Source: Fidelibacterota bacterium (GTDB lineage Bacteria; Fidelibacterota; UBA2242). From it: DNA of 42,075 bases. Below are positions 39,647 through 42,075 of the stretch, one piece after another (position 1 is the first letter of the stretch; every line of letters begins with the position of its first letter). The DNA lies in NCBI GenBank assembly GCA_049975265.1, contig JBNGDF010000020.1:1-42075 (forward strand), in the 5' to 3' direction. Made by a program: the position numbers and the translations under genes. The notes beneath the pieces were generated by a model. That model was not told the origin of the DNA and did no database searches. It worked only from the letters and a program-made list of their open reading frames with translations.

Positions 39647-39649
39647 CTC

Positions 39650-40021
39650 TCACATTACAAAACGTTTAAGACCGTTTTTTAACTGTTTGACATTGAAATT
39701 GATTAATAACCCAACTTCTTTTTTCGCCAGTTTCAGATAAGTCAGTATCTGGGCTTCATGAACCGGTGAGATTTCATCGATCGATTTCAACTCAACGATC
39801 ACTTTATTATCGACCAGAATATCAATCCGGTATCCACATTCCAACTGAATTTCTTTGTAAACCAGCGGTATCGGTTTCTGGCGCTCGGTATACAATCCCA
39901 TCTTCTGTAATTCATAAACCAGACACTCTTCATAAGTCGATTCGAGCAAACCAGGACCCAACTGGCTATGGACTTCCAGCGCAACTTTGATAATTTTCTC
40001 CGTCAGATCAGCGAATTTCAC
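39650..40021 (-). CDS. GxxExxY protein (PD-(D/E)XK-like nuclease fold)
   Basis: LGPGLLESTYE, RIDILVDNKVIVELKS, QILTYLK, GLLINF; GTG start after AAGGAG. Confidence 0.93.
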   Translation of the reverse strand: MKFADLTEKIIKVALEVHSQLGPGLLESTYEECLVYELQKMGLYTERQKPIPLVYKEIQLECGYRIDILVDNKVIVELKSIDEISPVHEAQILTYLKLAKKEVGLLINFNVKQLKNGLKRFVM

Positions 40022-40037
40022 AAAAGCTCCTTTATAG

Positions 40038-41309
40038 TTACACAGAGGTGCACAGAGAAGACACGGAGTTACACTGAGCACTATTTAAAAAAGAAAAAAT
40101 CTCCGTGGCTTTCCGTGAATCCTTCGTGTTGCTCCGTGTCATAATCTCTTTCTTCTTCGGTATCAGCAGGCTTGCCGCCGAACAGATGCTCCCGAATCCG
40201 TATTTATCCCGAATTTTATCCAGCGTCACCGAAAGCCTATCGGGTCGGTTATCTCTGAACAATTCCATCTGCTCATTGACAGCCTTGAAATTTGTAGCAT
40301 CCAGCAAGAGTGACCGGATGCGATTGCGCCGGTAATTGGCCCGGATAAACAGCGCAATCGCTTCGCTAATCACGGTTTCGTCATCATTGTAGCGCACCGC
40401 ACCGCTGCAAGATTTCTTGAATCCATCGGTGTAATGGACTTCCAACCGCAGTGATCGGGCAACCTGACAACGACGGCGCAGCCGATAGGCAAGCTGCTCA
40501 GCTAAATTCCGAACCGTGGCAATTAAAATATCTTCATCGTTGGTATCCTCCTCCAAAACAGTCTGCCTGATAATATGATCCCGCAGCTGCGGCGGCTTAA
40601 CTGCGGAATTATCGCGACCGTGGGCTTCCATAGCCAACCTGCGGTAATGCTGACCAAACAGCGTCTTCCCGGATTCCGATTGATTGATAATCGTCTGGAT
40701 ATTTTTCACCTGGTAAAGAAACAGAAATTTGATCATCCGGCTGACGGCTTTTTCATTGGTGGCAGGCAAAACCTGCGATGGCAGCGGTGCCAGGAAACGG
40801 GGTTCGTTGCCCCATTCCACACGGTATATTTTATCGGGAACGACTGCCGTGGAAATGCTGCTCACCAGTTTATTGGCGCTGATACCGATCTGGCTGCTCA
40901 TGCTCATACGATTGCGTATGTCTGTTATAATCAGTCCGCCGGTTCTCAGATCATCCTTGTAAATATTGCGCATCCCGTTCATATCGAGATAATATTGCCC
41001 GAATGCTGCGGGTTCGGCGACGGGCGAATAGCTCGCCACCATCTGGTAAAGATGATGATGCAGCCTGGCATACAGGGTTGCATTGTAAGGCAGAAGTCGT
41101 ACACTGTGCGACATTTTCCGGGCTACCGAAACCTTCAAGCCCTGACAGAGCCCCTCCTCTTTGGCTTCCGGTGACAATGCCACAATACTGCCATTCTGAT
41201 GATGAGAGGAAATGACGGCAATCGGTCGCGTCCGCAGACTGCTGTCCAGAATGCGCTCCGCCTGGAGTTCAAAATCTTCTAACCTGATATGATAAATCCC
41301 GTCGTACAT
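40038..41309 (-). CDS. Inactive Y-family polymerase homologue (ImuB/DinB-like)
   Basis: IMS-like layout (RPIAVI, LSPEAKEEGL, YYLDM, GISANKLVS, LDKIRDKYG) with the catalytic acidic residues degenerate. Confidence 0.8.
   Translation of the reverse strand: MYDGIYHIRLEDFELQAERILDSSLRTRPIAVISSHHQNGSIVALSPEAKEEGLCQGLKVSVARKMSHSVRLLPYNATLYARLHHHLYQMVASYSPVAEPAAFGQYYLDMNGMRNIYKDDLRTGGLIITDIRNRMSMSSQIGISANKLVSSISTAVVPDKIYRVEWGNEPRFLAPLPSQVLPATNEKAVSRMIKFLFLYQVKNIQTIINQSESGKTLFGQHYRRLAMEAHGRDNSAVKPPQLRDHIIRQTVLEEDTNDEDILIATVRNLAEQLAYRLRRRCQVARSLRLEVHYTDGFKKSCSGAVRYNDDETVISEAIALFIRANYRRNRIRSLLLDATNFKAVNEQMELFRDNRPDRLSVTLDKIRDKYGFGSICSAASLLIPKKKEIMTRSNTKDSRKATEIFSFLNSAQCNSVSSLCTSV
40041..40146. repeat. 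Heptamer-array palindrome E3
   Basis: Direct repeat of E2 exactly 500 bp away; overlapped by the imuB C-terminus. Confidence 0.95.
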
Positions 41310-41320
41310 GGTTTTTTTAG

Positions 41321-41439
41321 TTACACGGAGGTTCACTGAGATGACACAGAGCTACACTGGGCACCATTATTAAATACATAAAATATCTCCGTGGCTCTCC
41401 GTGTCCATCTCCGCGCAACTCCGTGTCACAATCTCTCAC
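41321..41439. repeat. Heptamer-array palindrome E4
   Basis: 41328-41439 is identical to 41503-41614 (112 bp, offset 175). Confidence 0.95.
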
Positions 41440-41495
41440 ATTGCAAACAGTTTCCCGAATACTCACATTAAATTTCATTAGCAAACCAGCTCCTT
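41436..41495 (-). pseudogene. Probable internally deleted GxxExxY gene remnant
   Basis: AAGGAGCT RBS plus ATG AAA TTT start (intact gene: AAGGAGCT..GTG AAA TTC). End AAACTGTTTGCAATGTGAGAG matches the intact gene end AAACGTTTTGTAATGTGAGAG at 18/21. Confidence 0.6.
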
Positions 41496-41614
41496 TTACA
41501 CAGAGGTTCACTGAGATGACACAGAGCTACACTGGGCACCATTATTAAATACATAAAATATCTCCGTGGCTCTCCGTGTCCATCTCCGCGCAACTCCGTG
41601 TCACAATCTCTCAC
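41496..41614. repeat. Heptamer-array palindrome E5
   Basis: Direct repeat of E4; includes the lexA stop codon. Confidence 0.95.
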
Positions 41615-42075
41615 TCATACTGCCGCAGGATTGCCAGAACCACTCCACCAATGCGAAATTCGTCTTCCGGAGATACCCGAATCACTTCATAATCCGGGTT
41701 GCGGGGATGTAACTCGACGCCACCGGATTTCGGATAATAGCGTTTCAGTGTGGCTTCACCATTGACAAAAGCCACCACGGTTTGTCCCGGCGACGCCTCG
41801 GGTTTCCGGCGGACAATCACATAATCACCATCCTCAATATGGTCATCAATCATGGAATCGCCCTTGACCCTCAAAACGTAGTTGTCAGGATGAATGTACG
41901 AAAGTGGTACCTCGATGGTTTCGCGATTCTCCACCGCTTCCAGCGGATAGCCTGCCGCAATCAGACCAAGCAGTGGCAATTCATTATACCCCGGCTGGTC
42001 CGACACCGTCAGCGCCCGCTTGGCATTGTATTTCCCGCGCTCCAGAACACCGAGTTTTTCCAGCTCCCGCACATA
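41611..42075 (-). CDS. lexA: LexA repressor (5' end outside the window)
   Basis: End of the winged HTH (LEKLGVLER), IAAG cleavage site, VKGDSM serine and ATLKR lysine. Confidence 0.92.
   Translation of the reverse strand, partial: YVRELEKLGVLERGKYNAKRALTVSDQPGYNELPLLGLIAAGYPLEAVENRETIEVPLSYIHPDNYVLRVKGDSMIDDHIEDGDYVIVRRKPEASPGQTVVAFVNGEATLKRYYPKSGGVELHPRNPDYEVIRVSPEDEFRIGGVVLAILRQYE

Noticed and set aside
39561..40146. DGR template/variable repeat pair
   Set aside because: The copies are identical over the core with no adenine-specific mismatches, and there is no reverse transcriptase.
41317..41511. 64-aa ORF between lexA and imuB as a small imuA
   Set aside because: Mostly translated palindrome sequence with no RecA/SulA-like features.
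39541..41614. CRISPR array interpretation of the repeats
   Set aside because: Repeats are 86-112 bp, occur only as pairs, are separated by genes or a gene remnant, and no cas genes are present.
36320..41614. Integron attC interpretation
   Set aside because: No clear RYYYAAC/GTTRRRY ends, no integrase in the window, and the genes form a coherent SOS operon.

Overview
Bacterial window, probably from an anaerobic Gram-negative organism (inferred from the TonB-dependent receptor and hydrogenase). Almost all genes are on the minus strand. It has three main parts. (1) A NikR gene with a likely operator, followed by a TonB-dependent receptor and a methyltransferase. (2) A 15-gene membrane-bound group 4 [NiFe]-hydrogenase/Mrp-antiporter operon led by a HydB/HydG (AsrA/AsrB)-like NAD(P)H module, plus a maturation protease, two-component genes and hypFCDE-hypAB. 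(3) An SOS mutagenesis cassette, lexA-imuB-(GxxExxY)-dnaE2-SRAP. The most striking unexplained structure is in the SOS cassette. Every gene junction holds a palindromic element made of 4+4 helically phased CAC(G/A/T)GAG heptamers. One near-identical pair brackets an intact GxxExxY nuclease gene, a second pair brackets a ~56-bp internally deleted remnant of such a gene, and one element is solo. This suggests a GxxExxY/palindrome mobile cassette system. A second, unrelated family of dispersed hairpins with covarying stems and nested mini-insertions is also present. All functional calls come from recognising motifs by eye; no searches were run.
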